Numbered from the stretch's first letter, positions 21,197 through 31,040 are shown. The stretch is 64,000 bases of DNA from Minisyncoccia bacterium (GCA_044228445.1 JBGAUV010000001.1:79827-143826); one strand, 5' to 3'. Notes: generated by a model not told the origin, from the sequence alone. Numbers and translations: made by a program.

Positions 21197-21330
21197 AGTG
21201 GAAGTACTATATACCATAATTAACAAGTTATCAACATGTTTATTAAACTTGCACAAGTTTGCTATTTTTTAAACCAGTATATACTAGTAATATATTTTAA
21301 TTTAATTTTCTTAAATTTATAAAAACAAAT

Positions 21331-22677
21331 ATGAATGATTTCAATAAATTATGGGAAAATGCTCTTTTAGAAATCAGTGTTTCGGTTTCGCCTGCGAATT
21401 TTTCTACTTGGTTTAACGATACTTATATACTAAAACAAGAAGAGGGTGTAATTTATCTTGGGGTACCGAACCCATTTACAAGAGATTGGTTATATAAAAA
21501 GTTTCATAACACTATTTTAAAGGTACTAAGACAAATGGATGAACAGGTAAGAGGTCTTGAATATGTTGTTTTAAAAGAAAGTGAAAAAAGAAGGGTAGAG
21601 GAAAGAAAAAAGGCTCAACCAGATCCTACAATATCTATTCCTCTGCAAGATTTCTATATAAATAGAGATGATAATTTAAACCCAAGATATATATTTGATA
21701 ACTTTGTAGTTGGTCCATTCAATGAACTTGCTCATGCTGCTTCAAAAAGTGTAGTAAAAAACCCAGGTACTGCTTATAACCCTTTATTTATATATGGAAA
21801 TGCTGGCCATGGTAAAACACACTTAATACAAGCAGTAGGTAATCATATAAAAAAGGAACATCCTCATAAAAAAGTATTTTATTTAACTTCAGAGAGATTT
21901 GGTTCAGAGTATTTTACTGCTCTTCAAAGTAATAAAGCTCAACAATTTAAAGAAAAATATAGAAAATACGATGTAATTATTATGGATGATGTTCAGTTCT
22001 TTGCAAGTAAAGAGAAATTTCAAGAGGAATTATTCCATTTATTCAACACTTTCCACGACACCAATAGGCAATTAGTATTTTCTTCGGATAAACACCCTCA
22101 CTTTATACCTGGTTTAGAAGAAAGATTAAAATCTAGATTTAGTATGGGTATGATAATAGACATACCATCTCCTGATCATGAATCTAGAATGGCTATATTG
22201 AGAGCTAAAATGAATGTGAACAATATAATAGTGGAAGATAGTATTATAGAATTCTTAGCCTCAAATATAGAAAGTAATGTTAGGGAACTTGAAGGAGTAG
22301 CGAACGCTGTCGTTTGTCAGACTCAATTAAAAAATCGTCCTTTAAATATAAATGAAGTAAAGAATCTTATAAAAAACAGCACGAAACCTAAGAAAAATAT
22401 ATCTATAAAGGATGTAGTAAAGATAGTTTCTAGTTTTTACAACATTGACGAAGAGAGTGTATATGATAAAACAAGAAAGAAAGAAGTTGTTAAACCAAGA
22501 CAGGTGATAATGTATATTTTAAGAGAAGATTTAAATATATCTTTCCCTTCAATAGGTGAAAAAATGGGTAGAAGAGATCATACAACAGTAATACACTCTT
22601 GTGAAAAGATAAAAGAAGAGATGAAATCAAATACTGTATTAACTGAAGAAATATCTCAAATTAGATCTATGTTGTAA
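21331..22677 (+). CDS. dnaA: Chromosomal replication initiator DnaA
   Basis: FDNFVVG, YNPLFIYGNAGHGKTHL, DDVQF, RDHTTVIH. Confidence 0.97.
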   Translation: MNDFNKLWENALLEISVSVSPANFSTWFNDTYILKQEEGVIYLGVPNPFTRDWLYKKFHNTILKVLRQMDEQVRGLEYVVLKESEKRRVEERKKAQPDPTISIPLQDFYINRDDNLNPRYIFDNFVVGPFNELAHAASKSVVKNPGTAYNPLFIYGNAGHGKTHLIQAVGNHIKKEHPHKKVFYLTSERFGSEYFTALQSNKAQQFKEKYRKYDVIIMDDVQFFASKEKFQEELFHLFNTFHDTNRQLVFSSDKHPHFIPGLEERLKSRFSMGMIIDIPSPDHESRMAILRAKMNVNNIIVEDSIIEFLASNIESNVRELEGVANAVVCQTQLKNRPLNINEVKNLIKNSTKPKKNISIKDVVKIVSSFYNIDEESVYDKTRKKEVVKPRQVIMYILREDLNISFPSIGEKMGRRDHTTVIHSCEKIKEEMKSNTVLTEEISQIRSML

Positions 22678-22678
22678 T

Positions 22679-22895
22679 TGTTGATAACTTTGTGGATAAA
22701 CTGTGTTTTTAACTTAATAACTTGTATATATATTTTGGATAAAAAAGGTATAAAATATATAAAGATAAAAGTTATTAAATTTAGGTCGAAAGTTATCCAC
22801 TAGTCTCATATTTTAAATATGGCTTTAAATAAAGACTTATTTGATTTATCACCATATCCACAGGACTAATAGTAATAATAAATTAATATATAAAT
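22679..22895. other. Replication origin oriC (DnaA boxes + unwinding element)
   Basis: TGTTGATAA 22679, TGTGGATAA 22691, TTTGGATAA 22734, TTATCCACT 22793, ATATCCACA 22854, then GGAC and TAATAGTAATAATAA; extra box TTATCAACA at 21228. Confidence 0.85.
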
Positions 22896-22897
22896 AT

Positions 22898-24004
22898 ATG
22901 AAGATAGAATGTGAACAAGGTAAATTAAAGGAAGTAATAGATATAGCAAATAAGATTTCAGGTAAGCATATGACTCTTCCTGTATTGTCATGTTTATTAT
23001 TTCAAACAAATAAAGACAATACAGTTACTATAAAATCCACAAATCTAGATATAGGTCTTGAAGTTAGTATACCCGCTAAAGTAAATGAACAAGGTACTGT
23101 TGCAATACCTAGTTCAGTATTATCTTCTTTTATTTCAAATATCCCATATTCTGATAAGCCTATAAAAATGGAAGTTAAGGATGGTAATGTAAATATTTCA
23201 AATTCAAAAACATCAGGAATTATAAAATCCCAATCTCCCGATGATTTTCCTAGTATTCCTAGAGTAAGTTCAGATAATGTATTCAATATAGATTCAATAG
23301 ACTTTGTAAAAGGTTTAAAATCAGTTTGGTATAGTTCTTCAGTTTCTAGTATAAAACCAGAATTATCTAGTGTGTATATATATTGTGATGGAGAATATGT
23401 AGTCTTTGTTGCTACAGATTCATTTAGATTGGCTGAAAAGAAGGTTAGAATTAAAAAAAGTAAAGATTTCGAACAAATACTCATTCCTCATAAGAATATA
23501 CCAGATATAATTAATGTTCTCGATAAAATAAATGGGGAAGTAGAAGTAACCCTAGATAAAAACCAAGTATCATTTAGTTATAAAGATATTTTTCTTGTCT
23601 CAAGGGTAGTTGATGGAGTATTTCCAGATTACAGACAAATTATTCCAAAACAATACACAACAGAAATAACTGTATTAAAGCAAGATTTTGTTAATACTTT
23701 AAAACTTTCAAATGTTTTCTCAGATAAATTTAATCAAGTTAATATTAAAATAGACCCAGAAGCTAAAATTTGCCAGATTAAGACAAAAAATAATGATGTA
23801 GGTGAAAATACCTCAATTATCGATGCAAGCATTACTGGCGAAGGTTTAGAGATAAATTTTAATTATAAATATATTATTGATTGTTTTCAGTCTGTAAATT
23901 CTGACAGTGTAATTCTTTCTTTTAGTGGTTTGAATCGTCCCATGGTAATAAAACCTTTATCAGATCAAACTTTTAGATATCTTGTAATGCCAATGAATAG
24001 GTAA
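22898..24004 (+). CDS. dnaN: DNA polymerase III beta clamp
   Basis: PVLS, STNLD, VATDSFRLA, FPDY, LVMPM; ATG 22898. Confidence 0.96.
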   Translation: MKIECEQGKLKEVIDIANKISGKHMTLPVLSCLLFQTNKDNTVTIKSTNLDIGLEVSIPAKVNEQGTVAIPSSVLSSFISNIPYSDKPIKMEVKDGNVNISNSKTSGIIKSQSPDDFPSIPRVSSDNVFNIDSIDFVKGLKSVWYSSSVSSIKPELSSVYIYCDGEYVVFVATDSFRLAEKKVRIKKSKDFEQILIPHKNIPDIINVLDKINGEVEVTLDKNQVSFSYKDIFLVSRVVDGVFPDYRQIIPKQYTTEITVLKQDFVNTLKLSNVFSDKFNQVNIKIDPEAKICQIKTKNNDVGENTSIIDASITGEGLEINFNYKYIIDCFQSVNSDSVILSFSGLNRPMVIKPLSDQTFRYLVMPMNR

Positions 24005-24015
24005 AATAAAAATAA

Positions 24016-24270
24016 ATGAAGAATATATCTGATTTTTTCTCTGTTTTTAACAATAAAGCCTCAAAAGAGATAACTAAAAGATTAAAAATAATAGAAATAA
24101 TTAAAAAACATACAAAAATTACCTTAGAAATGAAGGATATTAGTATTATAAGTAATGTAGCTATTATAAAATCACCCCAAATATTAAAAAATGAGATAAA
24201 TATTAAAAAAACAAAGATACTAGAAGATATAAGACTAAATATACAGGAAAAAATAATAGATATAAGATAA
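24016..24270 (+). CDS. Small basic protein, possible DciA/DUF721-like
   Basis: SPQILKNEINIKKTKILEDIR...IIDIR pattern; directly after dnaN. Confidence 0.5.
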   Translation: MKNISDFFSVFNNKASKEITKRLKIIEIIKKHTKITLEMKDISIISNVAIIKSPQILKNEINIKKTKILEDIRLNIQEKIIDIR

Positions 24271-24271
24271 A

Positions 24272-26812
24272 TTAATTGGTTATCTCTGTTGTATTTACCG
24301 ATGTTTCAGCTTCGCCACGATTTAATACCGTATCGTAAACAATAACTCTAATATCAACTTTTCCTGGTGAAATACCACTATCATTAAGATTTACATTAAA
24401 TAATTTCTGATTGGTTTCATTTGTGGAAATAAATTTATCATTTATATAAAGCTCAGCTTTTTTAATAGGAAATTTTGTAATAGCATCATAATTTATTGAA
24501 AGTCTGGAATTCATATTTATTAATGAATCTTTAATAGGGGAGGTAATGCTTACTTTTGGAAAGTTTGCAGGTATATGAATATCATCTGTTTCAGTAGGAA
24601 TACTAATATTTGTAGTTTCAGTAAATCCAGGATTAGTTTTTTTCCATTCTGTAAACCATTTTTGAACACCATATTCCCAATTTTCATACTGAGAATCGTT
24701 TTGAGGGTTTAATGGAGCTTCGCCATTTGGATCATCTTTTGAAACCCAATGAAGAATATTGTGAACACTATTAAATACGACATCCTGTTTTAATTCTTTC
24801 GGAGTGTATTGTGTAGCTCTTTTCTTTGAAATAGTATCAATACTATAAGCTACTCCACCTTTCCAAATTCCTTTTAGAGTAGGTTTTACATCTTCAGGTG
24901 TTGGTTCTGGTTTTTTAAAATATTCCTTTGGTAAACTTGAATTAACTTCAGCCATAAATGCTCCCCAAACAGGTGCAATAATCAAACCTGCCACTTTTTT
25001 ATCCATAGGAGTATTGTCGTTTTTACCTGCCCAAGCTCCAACTACAAGGTTTGGTGTATATCCTTCTATCCAAACATCTCTAAAATCGTTGGTAGTACCT
25101 GTTTTTATTGCTACAGGTCTTCCACCCAATGATTCCCCAACAGGAATAAGACTAGACATACGAACTTTTGTATCTGAAAGTATATCTGATATTTGTCTAG
25201 CAACTTGGGGAGGAATACTTTCGCTAGGATCATTTATAGCTTCTTCAAGTACCTTACCACTACTATCTTCAACCTTTAGAACAGCTCTATAGTTATTTCT
25301 AATACCATCATTTGCAAATACACCATAAGCACTTGTAAGTTCAAGTAAAGAAACTTCACCACCTCCAAGAACAAGAGTTAAACCATATCTATTTGGATCT
25401 TTTAAACTAGTTATTCCCATTCTCTTTGCTGTATTTAATGAATCTTGTATACCAGCTAAGTAAAGAGTTTTTACAGCCGGAACATTTCTTGAATGTGCCA
25501 ACGCTGTTCTTATAGGCATAGGACCTTCAAATATTCCATCATATTCAACAGGAGAATAACAAACCTTTTGATCAATTTTATCTGATTTTGGTTTACTATC
25601 AGGAGTACACTGACTTGAAAATTCAGTCTGAACATCAAAAAGTACAGTTTCAGGAGTATATCCTTTCATAAAAGCGGTGGCATAAACAAAAGGTTTAAAA
25701 GTAGAACCTGGTTGTCTGTATGCAGTTGCTACATTGAAGTTTCCATCAATTTTCTTATCAAAATAATCTCTAGAACCAACCATAGTTAGTATATCCCCAT
25801 TTTTTGGGTTTATAGCAACCATTGCAGTGTTACTAGCATTGTATTGATTTTCAAGTGTAGAAGCAAAGTTTTTTATTACCTTTTCTGCTTTTTCTTGCAT
25901 AGAATAATCCAAAGTTGTGGTAACTTTTAAACCACCTTCATCAACTATATCTTCACCATATTTTTTATTTAAATAATCACGCACATACATAGAAAAGTGT
26001 GGAGCTCTAATTCCATAAGTATTTTTTTCTAGAAAAACAACCTTTTCTTTTATTGCTTGATCGTATTCATTTTGATTTATATAACCCAATTCTTTCATTT
26101 TACTTAGAACTATTCTTTGTCTATCTTGAAGTTTTTTTAAATTTTGACCATAAGGATTATAAAAAGTAGGTGCTTGTGGTATAGCTGCCAAGTATGCTGA
26201 TTGAGCAATTGTTAATTCATTAGCACTTTTGCCAAAATAAGTTCTACTAGCTTCTTCTACACCGTATATATTTCCTCCATATGGAGACTCATTCAAATAA
26301 ATTGAGAATATTTGATCTTTACTTAAAACCCTTTCAATTTTTAAAGAAAGTATCCACTCCTTCAACTTTCTTGTTAAAGTTTTATCTTTTGTTAAAACAG
26401 AATTTTTAACAACCTGTTGAGTAATAGTAGAACCACCTTGAGCTAAACCTCCACCTAAAATATCAGCTAGTATTGCTCTCAATATTGCACTAGGCTGAAT
26501 ACCTTTGTGTTTATAAAAGTCATTATCTTCAATTGATACAGTAGCGTCTTTTACATGTTTTGAAATACTATCAAAAGGAACAACAGTTCTTCTTGCATCA
26601 CTGTGAATATCATAAAGAAGGATTTCCCCAGTCCTATCATATATTTTTGTTGATTGAGATACTTTTCTAGCTTCAAAAGCGCTTAAATCAGGGATTTTTA
26701 TAGTAGTTAACCATATTATTATACTTCCTGAAACAAAGAAAAATAGAGCCAAAAATATGGATATTAATCCCTTTATATGTTTTTTTACCCAAGAAAAGCG
26801 CCTAAGCGACAT
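24272..26812 (-). CDS. Class A penicillin-binding protein (PBP1A family) with C-terminal Ig-like domain
   Basis: EDNDFYKH, GGSTITQQ, RKLKE, GSTFKP (SxxK), SRN, KTGT; start 26812 supported by promoter spacing. Confidence 0.93.
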   Translation of the reverse strand: MSLRRFSWVKKHIKGLISIFLALFFFVSGSIIIWLTTIKIPDLSAFEARKVSQSTKIYDRTGEILLYDIHSDARRTVVPFDSISKHVKDATVSIEDNDFYKHKGIQPSAILRAILADILGGGLAQGGSTITQQVVKNSVLTKDKTLTRKLKEWILSLKIERVLSKDQIFSIYLNESPYGGNIYGVEEASRTYFGKSANELTIAQSAYLAAIPQAPTFYNPYGQNLKKLQDRQRIVLSKMKELGYINQNEYDQAIKEKVVFLEKNTYGIRAPHFSMYVRDYLNKKYGEDIVDEGGLKVTTTLDYSMQEKAEKVIKNFASTLENQYNASNTAMVAINPKNGDILTMVGSRDYFDKKIDGNFNVATAYRQPGSTFKPFVYATAFMKGYTPETVLFDVQTEFSSQCTPDSKPKSDKIDQKVCYSPVEYDGIFEGPMPIRTALAHSRNVPAVKTLYLAGIQDSLNTAKRMGITSLKDPNRYGLTLVLGGGEVSLLELTSAYGVFANDGIRNNYRAVLKVEDSSGKVLEEAINDPSESIPPQVARQISDILSDTKVRMSSLIPVGESLGGRPVAIKTGTTNDFRDVWIEGYTPNLVVGAWAGKNDNTPMDKKVAGLIIAPVWGAFMAEVNSSLPKEYFKKPEPTPEDVKPTLKGIWKGGVAYSIDTISKKRATQYTPKELKQDVVFNSVHNILHWVSKDDPNGEAPLNPQNDSQYENWEYGVQKWFTEWKKTNPGFTETTNISIPTETDDIHIPANFPKVSITSPIKDSLINMNSRLSINYDAITKFPIKKAELYINDKFISTNETNQKLFNVNLNDSGISPGKVDIRVIVYDTVLNRGEAETSVNTTEITN

Positions 26813-26846
26813 GGCAGAATTGTACCATACATGGTAGATTATGTGC

Positions 26847-28070
26847 ATGTTTTGGTCAAAACCTATAAAAGTTATAACAGATGAAAAATTAATAAATAAT
26901 TTCTTAAATAGAGGAGTAGAAAATATATTTCCTAATAAAGATTTCCTAAAATCAAAATTAATAAAAGGAGAAAGATTAAGTTTTTATCTAGGAGTTGATC
27001 CAACTGGTCCTATGCATTTGGGGCATATGATACCAATGTTAAAATTGGCAGAATTACAAAACATGGGTCATCAAATAATCCTTTTAATAGGTGATTTTAC
27101 CGCTATGATAGGTGATCCTACTGATAAAAGTGCAGTAAGAAAACAATTAACTCGAGAACAAGTTCTAAAGAATTGTGAAAACTACAAAGAACAGGCAGGA
27201 AAAATTCTCGATTTTTCAGGATCAAATAAAGCAATGTTTAGATTTAATTCTGAATGGTTATCAAAGATGAATTTCTCTAATGTCCTTGAATTATCATCAC
27301 TAGTTACAGTAGAACAAATGTTAAAGAGAGATATGTTTGAAAAAAGAATTTCAGAAAGCAAACCAATTTTCATACATGAATTTATGTACCCACTTATGCA
27401 AGGCTATGATTCTGTTGCTATGAATGTAGATGGGGAAATAGGTGGAAACGATCAAACTTTCAACATGCTTATGGGTCGTGATCTAATAAAAACACTCAAG
27501 AATAAAGAAAAATTTGTAGTCGCAACAAAACTCCTAGTTGATTCAAACGGTAAAAAAATGGGTAAAACTGATGGCAATGCAGTAAGTTTGGATCAAAATG
27601 CCGAAGAAATATATGGAAGGGTTATGAGCTGGAATGATGACATCATAGTAAATGCTTTTGAGATTGCTACAAGAGTTCCAATTGAAGAAATAGATAATAT
27701 GAAAAGAATGATGAATGGTGGAGCAAACCCAAAAGAATTCAAGTCTCGTTTAGCAAAAGAAATAATATCAATAATTCATGATAGTGAAAGTGCAAATAGG
27801 GCAGAGAAGTCTTTTGATTCATTATTTAAAAATAAAGAAGTACCAAAGGATATATTGGAACTAACAGTAAATAAAACTGATGCTATAAAAGATATTATTG
27901 TTTCAAATAACATAGTATCCTCAAATACAGAATGGAAAAGACTAATAGAAAGCAATGCAGTTACAGAATTCCCAAGTGAAAAGATAATAAATGATCCTTA
28001 TATAAAACTAGATAAAGATACAGTGCTAAGAATTGGAAAAAAGAGATTCGTTAAAATAATAGTTAAGTAA
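26847..28070 (+). CDS. tyrS: Tyrosine--tRNA ligase
   Basis: GVDPTGPMHLGH, YPLMQGYD, GGNDQ, KMGKT, C-terminal S4-like domain. Confidence 0.96.
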   Translation: MFWSKPIKVITDEKLINNFLNRGVENIFPNKDFLKSKLIKGERLSFYLGVDPTGPMHLGHMIPMLKLAELQNMGHQIILLIGDFTAMIGDPTDKSAVRKQLTREQVLKNCENYKEQAGKILDFSGSNKAMFRFNSEWLSKMNFSNVLELSSLVTVEQMLKRDMFEKRISESKPIFIHEFMYPLMQGYDSVAMNVDGEIGGNDQTFNMLMGRDLIKTLKNKEKFVVATKLLVDSNGKKMGKTDGNAVSLDQNAEEIYGRVMSWNDDIIVNAFEIATRVPIEEIDNMKRMMNGGANPKEFKSRLAKEIISIIHDSESANRAEKSFDSLFKNKEVPKDILELTVNKTDAIKDIIVSNNIVSSNTEWKRLIESNAVTEFPSEKIINDPYIKLDKDTVLRIGKKRFVKIIVK

Positions 28071-28099
28071 ACAAAAAAACCACATATGTGGTTTTTGTT
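28070..28099. terminator. Bidirectional terminator
   Basis: AACAAAAAAACCAC-ATAT-GTGGTTTTTGTT between convergent genes. Confidence 0.75.
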
Positions 28100-28104
28100 A
28101 TTAT

Positions 28105-28296
28105 TTATTCCTCCCATCTATCACCAAAAGGATTTACATCTTCTTCATCAATCCCTTCTTCCTCTTCTGTATCAAGTATATCTTCTGGTTCCTCCGCTTC
28201 ATCAACTACTACTGCTTCATCATCTACCTCAATAATTTTTTCTTCCTCTTCTTGTTTACCTTTTTTTTTCAATTTTGTTTCTTTTGCTTTTGGCAT
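28105..28296 (-). CDS. Small basic-then-acidic protein ending NPFGDRWEE
   Basis: 63 aa ORF ending at the shared terminator. Confidence 0.6.
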   Translation of the reverse strand: MPKAKETKLKKKGKQEEEEKIIEVDDEAVVVDEAEEPEDILDTEEEEGIDEEDVNPFGDRWEE

Positions 28297-28368
28297 AGAT
28301 ATTATTTTATTGAATTACTATTTATTATGAGAATAGTTGTAACAAAATGGAATATTTTTTGCAAATTT

Positions 28369-28869
28369 CTATTTCTGTGGAAAACTTCTATGACTATATG
28401 CAAAGTGAGTTAAACCAATTGCTATAGCATCATATTCATCATCTATTATCCTATCTTTTTTTGAATTCATTTTAATTAATAAAGGTAACATTTTCATTAT
28501 ACTAGTTTTATCACTCCTACCATCTCCTGTAATGGCCATTTTTATTTGTAGGGGAGTGTATTCATATACCGGTATTTGGGCCAATAATGCCTCATACGAT
28601 ATTATTCCACGTGCTTCTGATACTCTCATCGCAGTCTTTTGATTTTTTGTTATAAAGAGCGTTTCTATAGCTAGAGCTTGAGGTTTGTATTTTTCAATAA
28701 TTTCTCTAACCTTCAAACCAATTTTTAAAAACCTTTCATATATCTCTTGTTTTGAATCAGTCGTAAAACACTCAGAATATATAAGTTTTTCTTTTTCTCC
28801 CATCAGTCTTTCGACTATAGCTATACCAAGCCTATCGTATCCTGGGTCAATTCCAATTATTCTCATCAA
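28369..28869 (-). CDS. ruvC: Holliday junction resolvase RuvC
   Basis: IIGIDPGY, LAIETLF, EARG, YTPLQIK, DDEYDAIAI. Confidence 0.95.
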   Translation of the reverse strand: MMRIIGIDPGYDRLGIAIVERLMGEKEKLIYSECFTTDSKQEIYERFLKIGLKVREIIEKYKPQALAIETLFITKNQKTAMRVSEARGIISYEALLAQIPVYEYTPLQIKMAITGDGRSDKTSIMKMLPLLIKMNSKKDRIIDDEYDAIAIGLTHFAYSHRSFPQK

Positions 28870-28878
28870 TTAATTATA

Positions 28879-29409
28879 CTACTCTGCATTAGTAAATACT
28901 TCTTGTACCTCATCATTCTCTTCTAGTTCTTCAACCATTGCTTGTAGTTTTTCTATATCAGTATCTTCAAGTGGCATAGTCATATTCGCTTTCCAACCCT
29001 CATGAGTCTTTGTAAAAGCCCAACTTGCACTACCCAGAGCAGCAAGTTCAGAACCGTGCTTTGATAATATATGTTTTATCTCTTGAGCAGCCTTATTTCT
29101 ATTATCAGTTAAAGCCTCGATAAGAATAGCTGTGCCACCTGGACCATAGCATTCATACATTATTGTTTCCATGCTAGCACTATTGTCAGCACTTCCTTTT
29201 TTAATAGCTCTATCAATAGTATCGTTTGGCATGTTTTCTTTTTTTGCCTTTTCTATAGCTAGTGCCAAACCTGGAGATTTTAGATTTCCTCCAGCCTTTT
29301 TTGCTTCTACTGTAATATATCTTACTAATTTACCAAAAATTTTACTCTTTTGAGCATCATTCTTGGCTTTTTGGTGTTTAATTTTTGAAAATTTATTATG
29401 TCCTGCCAT
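28879..29409 (-). CDS. yebC: YebC/PmpR family protein (short form)
   Basis: MAGHNKFSKIKH, NMP, YECYGPGG, TDNRNK, VQEVFTN. Confidence 0.93.
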   Translation of the reverse strand: MAGHNKFSKIKHQKAKNDAQKSKIFGKLVRYITVEAKKAGGNLKSPGLALAIEKAKKENMPNDTIDRAIKKGSADNSASMETIMYECYGPGGTAILIEALTDNRNKAAQEIKHILSKHGSELAALGSASWAFTKTHEGWKANMTMPLEDTDIEKLQAMVEELEENDEVQEVFTNAE

Positions 29410-29442
29410 GACAATACATTAACAGATTTTAATTTTTTGTAA

Positions 29443-29482
29443 AAGAAAACACCGCTTAACGGTGAATTCGGTGTTTCTGTTT
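29443..29482 (-). terminator. Terminator of small membrane-protein cassette
   Basis: AAACACCG...CGGTGTTT hairpin followed by T-tract on minus strand. Confidence 0.65.
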
Positions 29483-29484
29483 TG

Positions 29485-29724
29485 TTATATTTGATAATCA
29501 ATACTATCACTAATATCACTACCATCATCTTTTGGTATTGGAATTGGTTTTTTCTTTTTGCTCACCAATTCTCCGATCATAGTAATAAGAGATATAATTG
29601 ATAGGCCAGTTACACAACCAAACAAGGCCTTTAATGAAAATATTTTTATTATATATAAAGAAATTGTTAGTATGCATAGAACAACAATTGTAGAAAAAAA
29701 TACTATACCATGTCTGTTTTTCAT
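29485..29724 (-). CDS. Small two-TM orphan protein
   Basis: 79 aa; own promoter TTTACA-17-TATATT and own terminator. Confidence 0.6.
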   Translation of the reverse strand: MKNRHGIVFFSTIVVLCILTISLYIIKIFSLKALFGCVTGLSIISLITMIGELVSKKKKPIPIPKDDGSDISDSIDYQI

Positions 29725-29777
29725 ATTTGGAGCAATTCCTGTAAAATATAACCCCTTTTATCTTTTATGTAAAAACA

Positions 29778-30791
29778 CTATATTCTATCCAAATGAATTT
29801 TTGCTTTATCTGTAACCACTCTTCCTCTAGATGTTCTTTCAAGTAAACCAAGTTGTATAAGATATGGTTCATAAACCTCTTCAACTGTAGCTTGTTCTTC
29901 GGATAGGGCAGCGGCTATGGTATTTAGACCTACAGGACCACCATTAAATTTATCTATAATAGTTTTTAGTATTTCTCTATCAGCATTATTTAAACCTATA
30001 TGATCAACTCCAAGCATAGATAGAGTTTTTTCAACAATATCTTTTGATAAATTACTTTTTTCTATTTGAGCATAATCTCTACATCTCTTTAAGAAATAGT
30101 TTGCTGTTCTAGGTGTAAAACGACTTCTTTGAGCAATGGCACTTACAGCGTGAGGGTGAATATCTACACCTAGAATTTTTGCTGATCTATCAACTATATT
30201 TTCTATTTCTTTTTGAGAATAAAATTCTAGTTTAAATACTCCTCCAGAAAAACGAGAGCGTAAAGGAGAAGAAATCATAGCAATTCTTGTTGTTGCAGCT
30301 ATGAGGGTAAAGGGTGGAAGTTCAAGTTGTATAGTACGAGCTGAAGGTCCTTTACCAATTATGATATCTAAATTACCTGATTCCATAGCAGGGTAGAGAA
30401 CTTCTTCTATGGCTTTATTTAATCTATGAATTTCATCTATAAAAAGTACATCACCTGCAGAAAGATTTGTAAGTATAGAAGCTAGATCGCCAACCTTCAA
30501 AATTGCAGGACCAGAAGTCACTTTTATCTGAGCATTCATCTCTTTTGCAATAAGGTGAGCCAATGTGGTTTTTCCAAGTCCTGGAGGACCATAAAATAGT
30601 ATATGTTCTGGTGGGTGATTGCGTTCTTTTGCAGCTCTAAGGAGTATGTCTAAGTTATCTTTTATGGTTTTTTGACCTATATATTCAGCAAATCTATTGG
30701 GTCTGAGCGTTTGATCAAGGTAACCAACCTCTTTTTCTAAAGGTTCGGTATTTCCACTTGAAACATTGTTATGATTTTTATCTATTGACAT
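29778..30791 (-). CDS. ruvB: Holliday junction helicase RuvB
   Basis: LRP, YIGQ, GPPGLGKTTLA, FIDEIHRL, GGPVGL, YEPYL. Confidence 0.97.
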   Translation of the reverse strand: MSIDKNHNNVSSGNTEPLEKEVGYLDQTLRPNRFAEYIGQKTIKDNLDILLRAAKERNHPPEHILFYGPPGLGKTTLAHLIAKEMNAQIKVTSGPAILKVGDLASILTNLSAGDVLFIDEIHRLNKAIEEVLYPAMESGNLDIIIGKGPSARTIQLELPPFTLIAATTRIAMISSPLRSRFSGGVFKLEFYSQKEIENIVDRSAKILGVDIHPHAVSAIAQRSRFTPRTANYFLKRCRDYAQIEKSNLSKDIVEKTLSMLGVDHIGLNNADREILKTIIDKFNGGPVGLNTIAAALSEEQATVEEVYEPYLIQLGLLERTSRGRVVTDKAKIHLDRI

Positions 30792-30819
30792 TTTATATAA
30801 AGTATGCTAAACTCTCCCT

Positions 30820-31040
30820 AGTTACCAAAAGTCCGATTTTTATGACTGAGAACCTTGAATTGTTTCGGTATTGGATTTAAGAATCTCTAAGCAATATATC
30901 CTGTCTACAGGCTATCTGGTGTAGTATTGAGGACATTCTGGTCTTCACCCCGTGTGTTAGCACTGGGGTTATCCTTGAGACTACCTCTAACTTTTGATGA
31001 TCGCATTAAAAGCATTGCTTAGAGATTTTTAAACCCGATC
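30820..31040 (+). ncRNA. Candidate structured ncRNA A (6S-like long stalk)
   Basis: TTGACA(30785)-17-TAAACT with TG extension; 25-bp stem 30871-30895/31014-31038 enclosing hairpins; G-U pairs favour + strand; no ORF. Confidence 0.6.

Noticed and set aside
21197-22897. Extended starts for rpmH (21256) and dnaN (22841)
   Set aside because: The extensions run through promoter/DnaA-box DNA; homology begins at 21196 and 22898
30896-31013. 5S rRNA inside the long stem
   Set aside because: Length fits but the conserved CCGAAC and loop E motifs are absent
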